A DNA stretch of 62,181 bases, filler included, from Basidiobolus ranarum (Eukaryota): the NCBI GenBank assembly GCA_040143965.1. It is 11 parts of 11 records of this genome, joined end to end, with 100 filler letters (N's around TTAATTAATTAA, not from the genome) between each part and the next. Parts side by side here need not be neighbours in the genome. Positions count along the whole stretch, not along the records: positions 11,350 to 16,921 come from JASJQH010001550.1; positions 17,022 to 22,592 come from JASJQH010001551.1; positions 22,693 to 28,261 come from JASJQH010001552.1; 8 more parts are not named here. One strand, 5' to 3'. This document shows positions 11,776-25,205 of this stretch, piece by piece (the stretch's first letter is position 1; the number at the start of each line of letters is the position of its first letter). The position numbers and the translations under genes are program-made. Under the pieces are notes generated by a model. It was not told where the DNA came from and searched no databases. It saw only the letters and a program-made list of their open reading frames with translations.

Positions 11776-14398
11776 ATGTACACCAAACTGAATGTCAAGT
11801 TGAATGTTCTTCTTCTGAAGCCACTTTCTTCATATTTGCACTGCATTGTTCCCTTCAAACTTCTGATAATAATCCTCAAGCACTTTGACTATTTTTGTAC
11901 ATCCTTGTAGTGTGACACTACTGAGGGTGCTTAGTGGTGTTTGTGCGGCTTTTTGCTTGCCTTTAAGTTTGGGGCTAATTTCAGCACTTTGAGTTGAGAT
12001 TGGAGAGCCATGAGTAAGATTTGCTGGTGTTTTGGCTTGTTGAGTGGTGCCAGGTGCTGGATAAACTTCCAAACTTAGCACTCTTCCAGCAGGTGCACCT
12101 GGTTCCGTGGTGAAATTAAGCTTTTATGCCAGTGTATCTGACTCTGTAAATGCAGATCTTTGTAGTTGTGCAAAGAATTTGGTAAGTGGGAAAGTAGAGC
12201 CTAAACTCACTGGCTCCTTTGCTTTTCCCATGAGTTTACTAACTTCCTTCTCCTGGAGTACTTCTTTAGCTGCTTTTCTTTCTTTTTCAAGTTGATAATT
12301 ATGTACATTTTTAAGATGTTTCATGAATAGGCCTATATTAGCCCAATTGCCATTTGTTTGCAAAAACCCAGGATAAGCCACATGAAATAAGTCAGGAACC
12401 TTAAGAGTAACACCAGGTTTTTGGTTTTTCCATGATTGGCTCAAATCCAGGTAATTTCAGGCAAGATTCTGCACAGTTTCCAAAATGTTAAACAACTCAT
12501 CATCAGAGCAAGTGATGGCAGCTCTGACATTCAGAGTCTTTTGGTTTGCTGGTTTTCCTATAAGATTTCTACTTTCATGTGCCCAAGCAATTTTGGGCTG
12601 TTGTGTAGGCTTAATGGTCTGACACATATTCTGCTCTGCTAAATTGTCATGGTGACATTCATATATATGGTTTGGGATTGATTGAAATCCCATATGAGAA
12701 TGGACAGAGGATGAGCATGTTGCTGTAGCTCAAGTACAGCATTCTGAAGGTCTTGTATCACAGTTGAGTGACTCTCTAACTGTTGACTAGTTGCTTCCAA
12801 ATGCTGCATTAATTGCAATATTGTGACAATATTACTTGTCATGGCCTGCATAGCATCTTTGTACTTTTTACTTATGATTGCATAAAAATCATTATAGTGT
12901 TCTGCCTGCAATTCCTTAGTTGTAGTAATTCAATCCACATTTTCTGCTAAGGGTAGTTCAATAGTGGGCAAAGTAGCCATTTTGCAAGTTGATGGCCTTA
13001 ACGGTGTTTTGGTTGAACTTTGCTCAACTATTGATTTACTATGTAATTGGGGGATTGCAATATCTTCACTTGCACTATAGCTGGAGAGGAACACATCAGG
13101 TAAATTGATTAATGCTTCATCATTACTTGAGTTTGTTTCCAGCATGTTAATGCCTTCCAAAGTGGATAGTGGATTGCTGGACTGCTCATCAATTAGGTTC
13201 TCTATTCTTGCTGGTCTTTTTCCTTTTTTGCCCACAGGCTTTGGCTTGGAAACCAATTCTGATATAGATCTTGAATCCTTTTTTTATAGAATTGAAATTT
13301 TCAGATGGTAAACTTGGTGTAATGAAATTGCTTAGAAACAGCTTATAATACACTATAATTGCCATCCATTACCAAAAATTTATGTAAATCCCCTGATAAA
13401 CCATCTGTGACACCACCTCAGAAGCAGCTGATGATATTGGTGAGCTACATCTAAAATACCACCCTTACATAGGAGCTGTTCTTTTTTCCACAATGTTTTT
13501 CTCATGCCACAACACAAACGTTTAAAGGACCATGCTATTATAGTTACAAATTCTTGTGTTATGAAAGCCAGGGGCTTCATAGAAAAAATAATCACAAGCA
13601 CAGTCAATGTGCAAAGCCACCAGCTGTACAAAGCCTGGTGAATATTAACACTAATAAGTGTACAAATTGACTTTAGTTTTGCCCACTGAGTCCACTGACC
13701 ATACTTTGCCTCAAAGTTTTGGTAATACTGCCAAAAGTCAAGATACCATGCAGTTACCACATTTATATGACCAGAATAATGTAGATAGAAATATAACTTT
13801 GGTCAAACCAGTAAGTCCAAACCACTTTGAGGACATGCTGCTAGATGTTGACCTTGGTTATTCCAGTACTGATGGTAGTATAACAGAAGTTCAAGAAGAC
13901 AATGGTTTTGTTATGGACTTTTTGTTACTGGCAAGCATTAGTCTACTCATAACACTTACAGTAAAGGAAGCAGATTTGATTATTGAGGAGTGGAGAGTTC
14001 AATCTAAACTTAGCAACCAGGTGTTTATTGGTTTTCATACACTTTTACCACAGTTGGTTGGCAACTGTTGCTTGCCACAGACCTGGTACAAGTGGAAAAC
14101 ACCTGTCAATTGTATGACTTATAATCGTTCAGTAATTTACCTACCTTCACATCCAAAAAGTTGTTTGGCTTTTGCCAGTGATCTGAAAAACCTGAAGTCC
14201 CTACTGTAAAACTGATGGTATTACTGATATACTTGATGAATATTGCTACCAGAATCAGAAAAGTCAACATTTCTTTTAGAACATGCATGATCATGAATTT
14301 GGATTGGCTCTGGATGGTTTCTTGCTACACAAACATACCATTGGAAAGGCTTGCTGGCCAATAACTTTAATTAACTCAACTCTTCCTCCTTCTGAACA
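11776..14398 (+). mobile_element. Decayed CACTA copy: accessory ORF (-, ~11800-13290) divergent from the transposase N-terminal half (+, ~13650-14398)
   Basis: ORF-track pieces 12930-13256, 12639-12911, 12457-12693, 12124-12444 and 11830-12081 tile one broken ORF. The transposase motif GLALDGF..ACWPITLINSTLPPSE is cut at 14398. Confidence 0.85.
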
Positions 14399-15555
14399 CC
14401 CTAAAAAAAATAAAATCAATTTGATCTGGATTGGATCCACCCTTCTAATTTGCAAAACCATCAGAGAACCATCGCAATATTGGTGGCTAGCATTCTGCCA
14501 GGGATTTTGATGGTTTGATGGTGGTTTCTTGATGGTATTCATACATGTTAAAATATTGATACTCATATTTGGCATGCATGATCAATTTCAGGCAATTTTT
14601 GCAAAATATTAATTCAAATGGCAAATTACTGGTTTAAGTGCTGTAGGAATTTGAATTAATAGGCATGCCCTTATTTTGATATTTTGGGCTTTGTATACCA
14701 GCCATAATGAGAATCAAAAAATACAAGATTCTTGTTGTGTTTAGTCTCTATGTATGCATCTACTTGACTGATCACACATAACTCAACAACATCAGTATGG
14801 TTTACCAGCAAACTAAAGGTGTAAAAATTTCTAAACATTTGAAATTTCAAATTGCTCTGACACTTGGCAAATAGCTGACTCTAGTTACTGCTCACAATGA
14901 GAATAAGCTCTAGGGTTTTGGCAAATTTCTGTAAAGAGTTCAGCCAATATATCCCCAACTTGCAGTCAATAAATGTCCAGCCACAAGTAGATGTGTCATT
15001 GTTTGAATAGAATACCCCTTGGCTGATACAATAAAACTACGTATCTTCATCCATCTCACCAAGAAGTCTGTCTTGCAGCTTTGCTAGAATTACTGTCACA
15101 TTATTACACAAACAAATTAGTTCAAATTATAAAGGTACTTACTCTGTGTCCATGGATTGGGCTTTGTTACCATTATTGTGCTCAAACAATGTGAAAACCC
15201 ATGAGCACTTTGAAAAGAGCTCTTTGTTAGAAGGTTAATATACATTGGAGTCTCTTTGACCCATTGCATTACATCCATCACTGATTTTGCTGATACATTA
15301 TTAATCTGATTAGCATATGGTATTATTGACCATTTCACATGGAGCACATTTCACTTCAGGTGCCGTCAATTGAGAACTCCCAGAATGTATAGCAAGGGCC
15401 TATAATCTTTAAACATTGTGAAAGATGCAGCAGGGAATGTATTGAATACTGGAATAGATTCAGTGTATCTTCTTTAAACCTGTAATAAAGTTTTTCATAT
15501 GCAATTACAGAATCTTTGCACAGTCACTGTATCTGCAGGAGATCTGCAAATGTGA
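14399..15555 (-). mobile_element. Inverted CACTA right end abutting the transposase of another copy
   Basis: Begins CCCTAAAAAAAATAAAATCAATTTGATC; reverse-complement homolog of ~4460-5237. Confidence 0.8.
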
Positions 15556-16127
15556 GTTGCTGCCATAAGAATTTATGAATAATATCCACAAACAACTCCC
15601 AATGTTGCCAATACTCATCACAAAAACCCTGCCATACCTACTCAATCTATGATTTGGAGGATTTTGCCAAAACCATCTTCTCAAAGAAACCTACCAAACA
15701 ATTTATCCAAGAACTTAAAAATATTGGAGCACCTTTGATCCAAAAAGGTGTTATCACTGAAGTTACCCCTGCTATTTACTTATTAAATGCCTTACCCTAA
15801 TACCTATTGGCAAAAGTTGATCAAGAAACTACCGGCCAATCAACTTCTGATATTCTCTCTCTTGCTGGCATGAAGAAAGTCCTCCTAGCCATTCAGGAGA
15901 ACTCAGCACTCATGAAAATGCTCCAGCAGAGCAGGGAACAACAGCAACCCAGACCAGAAGAACCTTTGACCAAACACAGAACAGTTGATGTTGAGGAAGA
16001 ACTATCCAACATTAGCAAGAAACTTGAACATCTTGCTTTGAAGATTGAAAGAAAGTCCTACCAAGGGGGAACTTATCAATCTTCCTACCCATCTAATTGT
16101 GTATGGTGTGACTCAACCAGACATTTC
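15556..16127 (+). mobile_element. LTR-retrotransposon gag remnant (Ty3/gypsy-like)
   Basis: YSIYDLEDF..KQFIQELKNIGAPLIQKGVITE..LLNALP, a coiled coil, then zinc knuckle CVWCDSTRHF (Cx2Cx4H) cut by the CACTA terminus at 16128. CpG-depleted. Confidence 0.6.
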
Positions 16128-16921
16128 CCCTAACAGAAATTTGAGGATTGTCATCATAGGAAAACCGTCACAATTTTAATGTGTTTGGGATTGAACATTT
16201 CCTTACCATCATAAAATCATCAAGTCAGATGGGATTTTAATCAATTTTTTCAGTTTCAGGAGTGAAATTTCAAGACACTGCAACATAGTTTCAAATGATT
16301 GGCTAAAATTGCAGAGAACTATGGATCAACACATGTGCAAAAAACTTAACTCAAATTTTACACAATTACCACTTGAATGCTAATTTGTCATCTTTGAAAT
16401 CCCTAGTCTCTTTGAGATATTCTCCTGAATATTTTTATAGAGTTCTTCATACCCAAGGTTTAGCTCCTACCCAACACAAATTTGTGTTAATATCTCCATT
16501 AAAGCCACCATTGTATTTATGTTGCTGAATCAACATTCTTCCAGCTATCTGGCAGATACCCTGCAACATTGTGACACTCTGTATTAAGTTCTTCCCAGAT
16601 ATCTGCATGGTCAACACCAGACTGAATGTCAAGTTGAATGTTCTTCTTCTGAAGCCACTTTCAGCATACTTGTACTGTGTTTTTCCCTGCATACTTTCAA
16701 AAATACTCCTCAAGCACTTTGACTATTTTTGTATATCCTTGAAGTGTTACACTACTGAGGGTGCTTTGCAGTGTTTGTGTGGCTTTTTGCTTGCCTTTAC
16801 CTTTGGGACCAATTTCAATACTTTGAAAAGTACCAGTTGAGGTTGGAGGGCCATGAGTTTTATTTACTGGTGTTTTGGCTTGTTGAGAGGTGCCAGGTGT
16901 TGGACAAACTTCCAAATTTAG
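16128..16921 (+). mobile_element. CACTA left terminus plus 3' end of the accessory ORF
   Basis: Starts CCCTAACAGAAATTTGAGG; reverse-complement homolog of 42190-42981. Confidence 0.85.
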
Positions 16922-17021
16922 NNNNNNNNNNNNNNNNNNNNNNNNNNNNNNNNNNNNNNNNNNNNTTAATTAATTAANNNNNNNNNNNNNNNNNNNNNNN
17001 NNNNNNNNNNNNNNNNNNNNN

Positions 17022-19953
17022 GTTGGTAAATACCATGGAATTTGGTCAATTTGGTGTCGGTTTCGCACAATGCACCAGTAGTGGTGTCCGCAAGACCTTC
17101 GGCGATGCTACCACGAAGGAAATTACTACCAGTCTTCATTTGATCATCGGTAATAGTAGGTTCTTCGGCAGGGCCAGCACCTTCAATGATATCGACACCA
17201 AGAGCTTCCCAAAGTTTAGGCTCCCATTCTTTATAACCAGTCTCGAATCCATCCGCATCTTGGTCATCACCAAGTCCGAGTGGAGCAAATCTAACGGCAC
17301 CTAGTTCAAAAAGTCTGTTGTTGACATCCTTTGCTGGCTTATTGTAGTAAATGTGATCTTCAGGGCGAGGCCAGTAATGACTGTCACCGAGACCAAATAC
17401 CGAGAAGTTAGTATCCTTCAAAGCTAAATCGGTTGTAGAAAGGACCTTCCAGAAATCTCTACCATTAGTAGGGAATTCACCTTGACCAGCTGTGGAGATA
17501 ATAAATATAACATTGGTTTCAAGGCCAAGATCTTCAGCTGGAAATTCATCCATGCTGAGAATTCGGGAATTCATACCGCGACATTTAGCATTTCTATCAA
17601 GACGCTTGGCTAAAGTAGCTGCATTTCCACCATCAGAAGCCACAAGAATGAGAAGTGGAGGCCCATTCAACCCATTGAGGAGTTTGCTAAAAGCAGACTT
17701 TGCGTCTTTCACGAGGGAGGCGTGACGCTCACGAATCTCATGCTCGATTGAAGATTCAAGAGACTTGGCCACCTCGGGCTTTGCATTGGCTAAAATATTA
17801 AGTTGATTCTCGCGGGATAAGAATTTTTGAAGATCTGCTTTGATTTTCTCGGAATCCAAGATGAATGATTCTAAACCCTTGGCTTCCAAGCTGGGATTCC
17901 AACGATATAAAGGCCAGTATCCAGTGTCAACTGCTAATTTAGTTTCCTTAAGAACAGTTATGGGGTTACGACCTTTCTCGCCTTCTTCGCTGTTGATGGG
18001 CATATATGCTAAAACAACCGAAGGACCATCAAAAGCCTCAGCTTCCATGAGAGCGTGGAGAACTTGAGTGTACGAAGAGTATACGGCAACTGAAGCCACA
18101 TAAACTTTACCATAGTTCATTGCATATAACCCAATATCTTTCTTTCTCTTTTCGGCAACCCATCTGTCTCTTTCGGTGTAAGGAGTAGTATCAACTACAA
18201 GCATGTTGACATTTTCTCTTGAAGAGATAACGTGATGAACTCCACTATTACCTAAGTCAAAAGCCCACTCATCTGATCCAATTAACCAACGTGCAGGCTT
18301 TACAAGTTGATGTGACTGCTGGTATTTGTAAACCTCTTCCAAGATTGCATGTTTGTTGTGTTCAGCTTCAAGTAGGAGGCTTAATGATTCTGAAACATTT
18401 TTGGATTCAGTTGGATCATTACGTTGCAAAACCCATTTGGATAGTGCGATGTGTAACTCTTCGGATATCGAGATAGAATTGTCCTTCAAAAGAGTAGCAA
18501 TTTTTTCAGCTAAACGAGCGCGTTTTTGGATGTCAGCCACGATAACACCAAATCCAAATTCGGGATTGTTAGTAGGTAGTGCAGATGTGGGAGACCAAAC
18601 AGAAGCAGATCTAGAGGCATTAACAACACTCAAACGTTCACCAAATAAATGAGAAAGAAGTTTCAGATATGGTAGCTCAGCAGCATTTTCGGGTACATTC
18701 TCCCAACCTGGTTGTTGAACCTCAAGTTGACTTTCTTTTTTGAAACCGTTCTGCTCCTTTGAACCCAACTGAAAGTGATTCTCAGAATCGTTCGATTGAA
18801 GCGTATCGATAAGGTCATTCACCATTTCAGGAGCAAAGTTTCTCAAGGGGCCACCGTAGTGTCCAGAAATGATATGAGGTGAAGTAGAAGCCCATTGAGT
18901 ACTTTGGAAACAGGTGGTAGTATCCAAGAATAAAGGTCCCCAGATATTTGAGGAGTCGGAGGATTGCTCAAGTACTGCAATCTTTTTGACATTTTTGGGG
19001 ATCAATTCAAGGAAATCAGCCTCAGCCCAAGGTCTGAAAAGGTAAATTTTGACGAGGCCAAACTTCTCTTGAGCAGAGAGTTTGATGAGTGCCTCTTCCA
19101 CTACGCTTCCACTAGCTCCCAAAGCGACGATCGCTAACTCAGCATCAGTGTTGCCAGCGTAAGTCACAGGAGAATATAGCTTTTGGAATGTCACTTCAAG
19201 AGAAGTCATGATCTTAGTAACAGACTCCAAGACATCTTTCTGATTAGCGCCACCACGAGAAACGGCATAATTCTTGAATGGTGTAGCAACTTCAGCAGAC
19301 TCTGATACAGGTTCAGATTCCTCATTTGTGGGCTCAACCTCAGTTGTAGGCTCGGCAGTTAACTCAATTAAGCCAGCAAGGGTGTCATCAGTAAGCTGAT
19401 CAATTTTGGCATTCTTGTGCGACAAGTGCTGACTATCGAAGAAATGAATAAATGGAACCTTAGATTTTAGGGATGATAGATAAGCGACTACGGATAAATT
19501 ATAGCAATCTTGTATGGTATGAGATCCCAACATGGCAACTCCAGTATCTCTGACTGCCATCAAATCGGAGTAATCGCCGAAAGGAGAAGTACCAAGAGAC
19601 TCGCTGCTTTCAGCTGCAACATGAATAACGGTGGGAGTTTGTTCAGAAGAAAGCTGATAAAGCAAGGGGATCAATCTAAGAAGATTTCTTGAAGAGGTAT
19701 ACAAAGAGACTCGAGAATATTTCGTGGCCAAGTTTCGGTAGGAGGCGGCAATATCTGAGGTAGAGGGAATAATTGTAACCTCAGGGACAATACCACTTGT
19801 ATTGACCGCCTTGTGTTGAATCAAATCCTCGATACCAGTGAAGAAGCTTGGCTTTTCCTTCGTGTTTTGAACAATCAAGATAGCTTCACTATAAGCGTAT
19901 GCAATACGCGAGGCAGCAGACTCGCCACTGAATACATTTTCAAGTCTAGACAT
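17022..19953 (-). CDS. MET5: Sulfite reductase (NADPH) beta/hemoprotein subunit, 3' truncated
   Basis: About 977 uninterrupted codons: PFOR-like domains ([36 protein letters not shown]), flavodoxin ([24 protein letters not shown]) and start of the hemoprotein region ([17 protein letters not shown]). Confidence 0.93.
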
Positions 19954-22177
19954 CTTTGCTAGTTAAAATTGAATCGATGTGAATGGCGATGAGAAATGTG
20001 TGTGAGTAGATGCAGATATTAGGAATGTAGAAATATACAGATGCTAAAAATAATAATACGCTTTGAGAGCCAAAGAGTTAATTAACGAAAGGCTCACACT
20101 GGTCTGTACTGAATGAGTAGAGGATGCGAGATGCATCTTTATATCGATCTAACCATCCCCTCATATTCCCAATTCAGGGTGACTCTAGAGTTTCTTTGTG
20201 TGGAGACAACCTTAGAAATATAATCACGCCATTAATCGATATCATGGCAGAATGATGAAGTGTCCCCACTCAATTTCAGAAGAATAAATGGATCTCACAT
20301 CTATATAATAGATTATCCACTATCATTCTTCGTAGCCTAACACGAGGTTAATATTGAACTTTGATCTTTCATGCCATGTTGGAGCAGCTTTGAGCCCCGC
20401 GGCATTTCAATCCTATATTCGCATTCGAATGGATTGTTTTGGATCGAGTCAAGGCGCTATCGAAACATGAAGCTCTGGAACAATGTGGATGATCATGTTA
20501 CTCTTTCTCGTGCGCATCATTGGATAACACGATTCCAAATCAATCTAAGGTAACATTACAGTTGACTCAACATCACGCAAGTATACACCATCTCCCAACA
20601 TGATTGCACCATCACCACTGGATTTCTTTGACTCAAATTCAATTCTAATCCAAAGGGTTATATGGCCGCTCTATATATGCACATCGCCAGAGATAGTTTT
20701 TCCATAATATCCATATTAGGCAACACGAGGTCGTTTGTACTAATCAAATCAGAGACGACATCGCTTACTAACCTTGAAACAAATATTTCGACAGAGGCGA
20801 TACTTAATACAACTTTAAACCAAACTAATCACAGGGTCAAGATAATCTTGATGGAATACCTGCATATATAAATGCATTGGCAATCTAATACCCGCTGATT
20901 TTCATCGATAAATCATTATTGCCATCAATTACGAATTATCATGAAATTCTGCTTCGGAGTTAAATATTTCCACCATTACCAAATCCGTACCAACCGCTAA
21001 TAGCATCAGCATATCCTACACAATGAACAAAGTATATGACCTGATCGCATCACCTTCTCTACTCTCCATTGGACGGTGCTAGACTGACTGTTGAATTCTC
21101 CTTTGTATTGCTATGATTATTAGTTACTGTTAGGTTGCTACTTGAAGATTTGCGCTTGTTACTCCGCAACATAGTTGAGTTCCTCATTATCGAATTGTGG
21201 CAATATACAATCATACAGAATACGTTTGCACTAATGGTAACACTGTCAAGTGAATGGCAAGAGTACAAGGCTCTTCGCTTTTCATCGTTTAAATAACAAT
21301 TATTCGAATGCTGATGAATCAAGGTGGCTTGAAACAACATAATCTACTGGAACCCAACATATATCGAGAGATTAGTGTTAGTAGACACATCCATACTTTA
21401 GCTAATTTATTACAAATACAGAGCATAACTTGCCATAACCTTAACGTTAATACTTTGGCTGGTATTTTGTGACTTGAGAATCCCTTAGATGGGTTAGGCA
21501 ATTTAATATGTTTGTCTTTTATTCTGATACATACGGATACTTTCGGCGAAATTGAAACAATAATGAGTCTTAAGGAGAAATCGATAAAGCCATATTTCAT
21601 GATCGTTTATATCGTATTTGGTGGATGTAGTACCCACTGAGTTCATCAATCATTCGCAAGGGTCAAATCCCAATAGAGCTTGGAACTTTCGTGACGGTTG
21701 ACGGATTTGACTCAATTTTATGGCTTTAGCAAAGCTGTTGGAGGAATGGGTTGACAAATCTACCATCATTTATATATTCACTAGTTATACTAAATAATAT
21801 ATCTTCGATAATTTCTATATTTTTTCTGACTATTATCTCACTTTTTTTATTGTATAGCTGAAAGTTCTTGGGTGCATTCTGTGGATAAAGGCACGATAAA
21901 ATGTTCAGTTAAAATCTCGATTTCTTTATACAATAATCTAAAAATTTCAAAGGAAGAGTGAAAAATCATGAAAGAATTGAATAGTAAAGGTAATAGCAGT
22001 CATTGATGTACGAATTTAGGTGTTTCAAGAGAGGGTTTGTACTATATATATATATCTTAATCACAAGAATACACTAAATCAAGTAGAATGTGAGAACAAC
22101 AAATTAAAAAAATTGGTTGGCTGTGGAGATGTGATGGAAGTATGTCAGACTCAAGTGAGCTCTCTGATTCCTTGGTT

Positions 22178-22591
22178 TTACTTGGTGGATTTCTTCTTGG
22201 AATCTACACTTGACGAGGTACTACTGGAGAACATGGAGGTGATGGAAGATAATGTAGGTGAGTTCATAAACGATGAATGTTCATTAGCTTTACTCGTCTG
22301 GTTATTGCTTTTGGTGTCGCTCGTATGAGGCTTAGGTTGCTCTTTGGAACTCGTGTTACCCCAAGTGGAGTTCCGAAATGACATCAACGTGGGAAGTATT
22401 TTTATCTTTCCAAGTTTTTCGTTCAAGGATTGTTCTTTTGGTTGTTCTCCTGAATGTGATCCTGATATAAAGCTAGTTAGAGAGTTTCGTTTCGGGTCTT
22501 TACTAGTCTTCCACCAACTCGCGTCCTTGAGGTCAGTATTTTTAGCCATAGCGTAACCGCGTGTTACAGCTGTTACGTTAGGAAGTCCTCC
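22178..22591 (-). CDS. C-terminal fragment of a hypothetical Ser/Lys-rich protein
   Basis: Frame is open from the contig edge (GGLPNVTAVTRGYAMAKNTD...) to the stop at 22178. No recognisable domain. Confidence 0.5.
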   Translation of the reverse strand, partial: GGLPNVTAVTRGYAMAKNTDLKDASWWKTSKDPKRNSLTSFISGSHSGEQPKEQSLNEKLGKIKILPTLMSFRNSTWGNTSSKEQPKPHTSDTKSNNQTSKANEHSSFMNSPTLSSITSMFSSSTSSSVDSKKKSTK

Positions 22592-25205
22592 TNNNNNNNN
22601 NNNNNNNNNNNNNNNNNNNNNNNNNNNNNNNNNNNNTTAATTAATTAANNNNNNNNNNNNNNNNNNNNNNNNNNNNNNNNNNNNNNNNNNNNATAAGCTC
22701 TGTAAATGAAATACTACATGTCAGTGATTTCTGATTCCTAATGGGTGGTATGCTCTCCTTATGCTGAGGCTTGCACATTATCTGTACCCAGGCAAGCGGC
22801 CTGCTCAAGCCTCGTGCCCATGTCTAAGGTTCATTGTGGAATGCAAGGGCGAAAACATCGGTTCGGCGACTGGGCTATCTATTCCCAGTGACATCCAACC
22901 TTGAATCCGTCTGGAATGTCAGTGTCAGCCATCACTTGGTATCCATGTCTGCAGCAATGGAGGGAGCAGTGGATTTGACATACTCGTGCATTGTGAAACA
23001 TGGGTATTGTTTATCTAAGCCAATATATGCCATTTCAATGATGATTCACCCTTTTCGTAGTTTATTTCCAACTTCCGTGCACCAGATCTAGAGACCTCAC
23101 AAGCGAACACCTCTCAATGGTGGCCCTTCTTCCTCACTGACCAAAGCTCGGCCATATCAACGATGCTACATCCTGTATTCCCCACAACCAGCGCTTGGTG
23201 GTTTCATTGAAAGGATTTTCGTCTGAGCAATCGGAAAGGTGCTGATTGCCAAGCAATCAATATCCATACTGAGCATTATTACGGCATGATAGAATGTTGA
23301 TTTTCCAAATGTGGAACTTTTAAACCCCGGGATTTCAAACCAAGAGTCACTTTCCGCATATGTCCCAAAGATCTCGTAGTTGGGATACTAATTTTAATCA
23401 GCCTTCATTGTTGTTCTGGAATCATTGACTGGTCATAGCGATAGCAATACAGACCCGGATAAAAGTAAACCCCCTCTATTTATAGATTCAATTCGTTTCA
23501 TCTGCACTGAGTCCTGATCGAACATCGCTCACTCAATGTAGTCAAACCTGGCAGGGAAGCCTCGTGCAGACAATAACCTTTTCTGGACCAAGACAAGGAC
23601 TTGGATTCATGAAGTTTGGACGGTGAGGATGCGATTAAAGACAAGTCTTGCTCCGAGAAAAGGATTCCCTTGTACGAGTCGGTTTAACTTAGGTCTGAGA
23701 TGTACCTTACAATCACTTCGACCCAATGTAGAAGTCAAGATCGATCAACTTATGCAAACCAATGCACAGCTATCATCCCACAGCTGTTTACCACAGTTAG
23801 AGCGACCAAGAAACCACACACACAGTGTATCTACTCGTAGTGCTTTATCCGGACGTCAGCTCATGATTCTAATGGCCCTGATTTAAATTTAGCGCCTCAG
23901 AAGGAGCCGATTGCCCCGGATAATCTGAGAAATGGTTGGAATCCACTTAGATACTTAGAAAGCATGAGGTTTTCCACTGACATTCAAGCAGTCCTCGAAT
24001 TCAGCATTTCATTGATCCTCATAAACAGTGGTTTTACCAATGAAAACATCCCTAAATTCACATCACTAGCTCCAGCCCGGTGGCTGTCAGAGTTGGATAG
24101 CACATTATTAATAATGTTTTCAACCAAAACATCACAACTAGCGTCTCTAATATTAAGCACCTGTTTATCATCTAAAATTGATCTGCCCAGGTAGCTCCGA
24201 AAAAACCTGGCCAACGATCTTCAAAAGTATGTTTTGTTCAATGCTGTAGATAAGCATTATCAGTCATGAGAGTTGGTGTGACGCTCGGTTGTCTGCACAC
24301 CTTCACTGATCGAGTCAGTTTTGGTTTGAATGTAAATAAGGTTTTTTAAGCACATTATCAGAGCTGCTGATGTAACTTGGCACGGGATTAGCCCTCTGAT
24401 TCGTCGCTACTCGATCATCTTTAGACAGAAATGATCTTCCATAAACCCATTTCGATACATGTTCTGGTTAGGTTTCATGGTGTTTATTTTGTGAACTCCG
24501 GTTTTGAATGCAAAAACGGGTTAGCTAGAGCTACACCATGACTCCAGTCTTCTTGGGAAGACCAAGTCCAGAAATACGCCTTTTCTATTCTGTTTTAGTA
24601 GCAATGGGCGAACGCTGTCCAATTGCAAGATGATAGCCTTTGTAAAACAAACTTGGACTAGTCAACACAAGTCCGAATCATCAGCTAGATGGAGCGAATC
24701 CGATATCAGATTTTCTGAGAGACGAAGAGTACGAATCCACTAAACCTATAGCAGATGATATTGGTTCATCAGGCAAGTGAGGGCCGATCACTGGATCTGT
24801 TGATTTCAATGTCTCCACTAAACTATAGTCACTTCACCCTTGGTCGCTTGAGATTCATCTATTCTCTTCTGATTGGTCGCCAGCGGAAGCTCTTTCGAAT
24901 GTTCGCGGGAGAGAAAGCCAAATTGCGCTGTGTTGATTTCTGAAATAGACTATGCAAGGATACTGATTGGACTCAGGATCGAAGGGCATCTCTATAATTG
25001 GTAAGCAAGAATCGGTTGAAAAGTATAAAGAGATGCTCGGTATTTTGTGAGATTATCGAGACAGCGATTTTCAACTTTAACGACCAAGTATCACCCATTT
25101 AGCTTCGTAGCTTTGCTCGTGTTACAAGCCAGTGGATTCACCCCAACAGTCCACCCAGCTGGCATACTTTTAACCTCTCTTGATTGATCTCTTGAACATT
25201 GAGAA

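Noticed and set aside
21059-21766. Broken minus-strand frames upstream of MET5
   Set aside because: No consistent reading frame or family motif.
22830-24220. Possible decayed genes on the minus strand upstream of the velvet gene
   Set aside because: Short broken frames with no identifiable motif.
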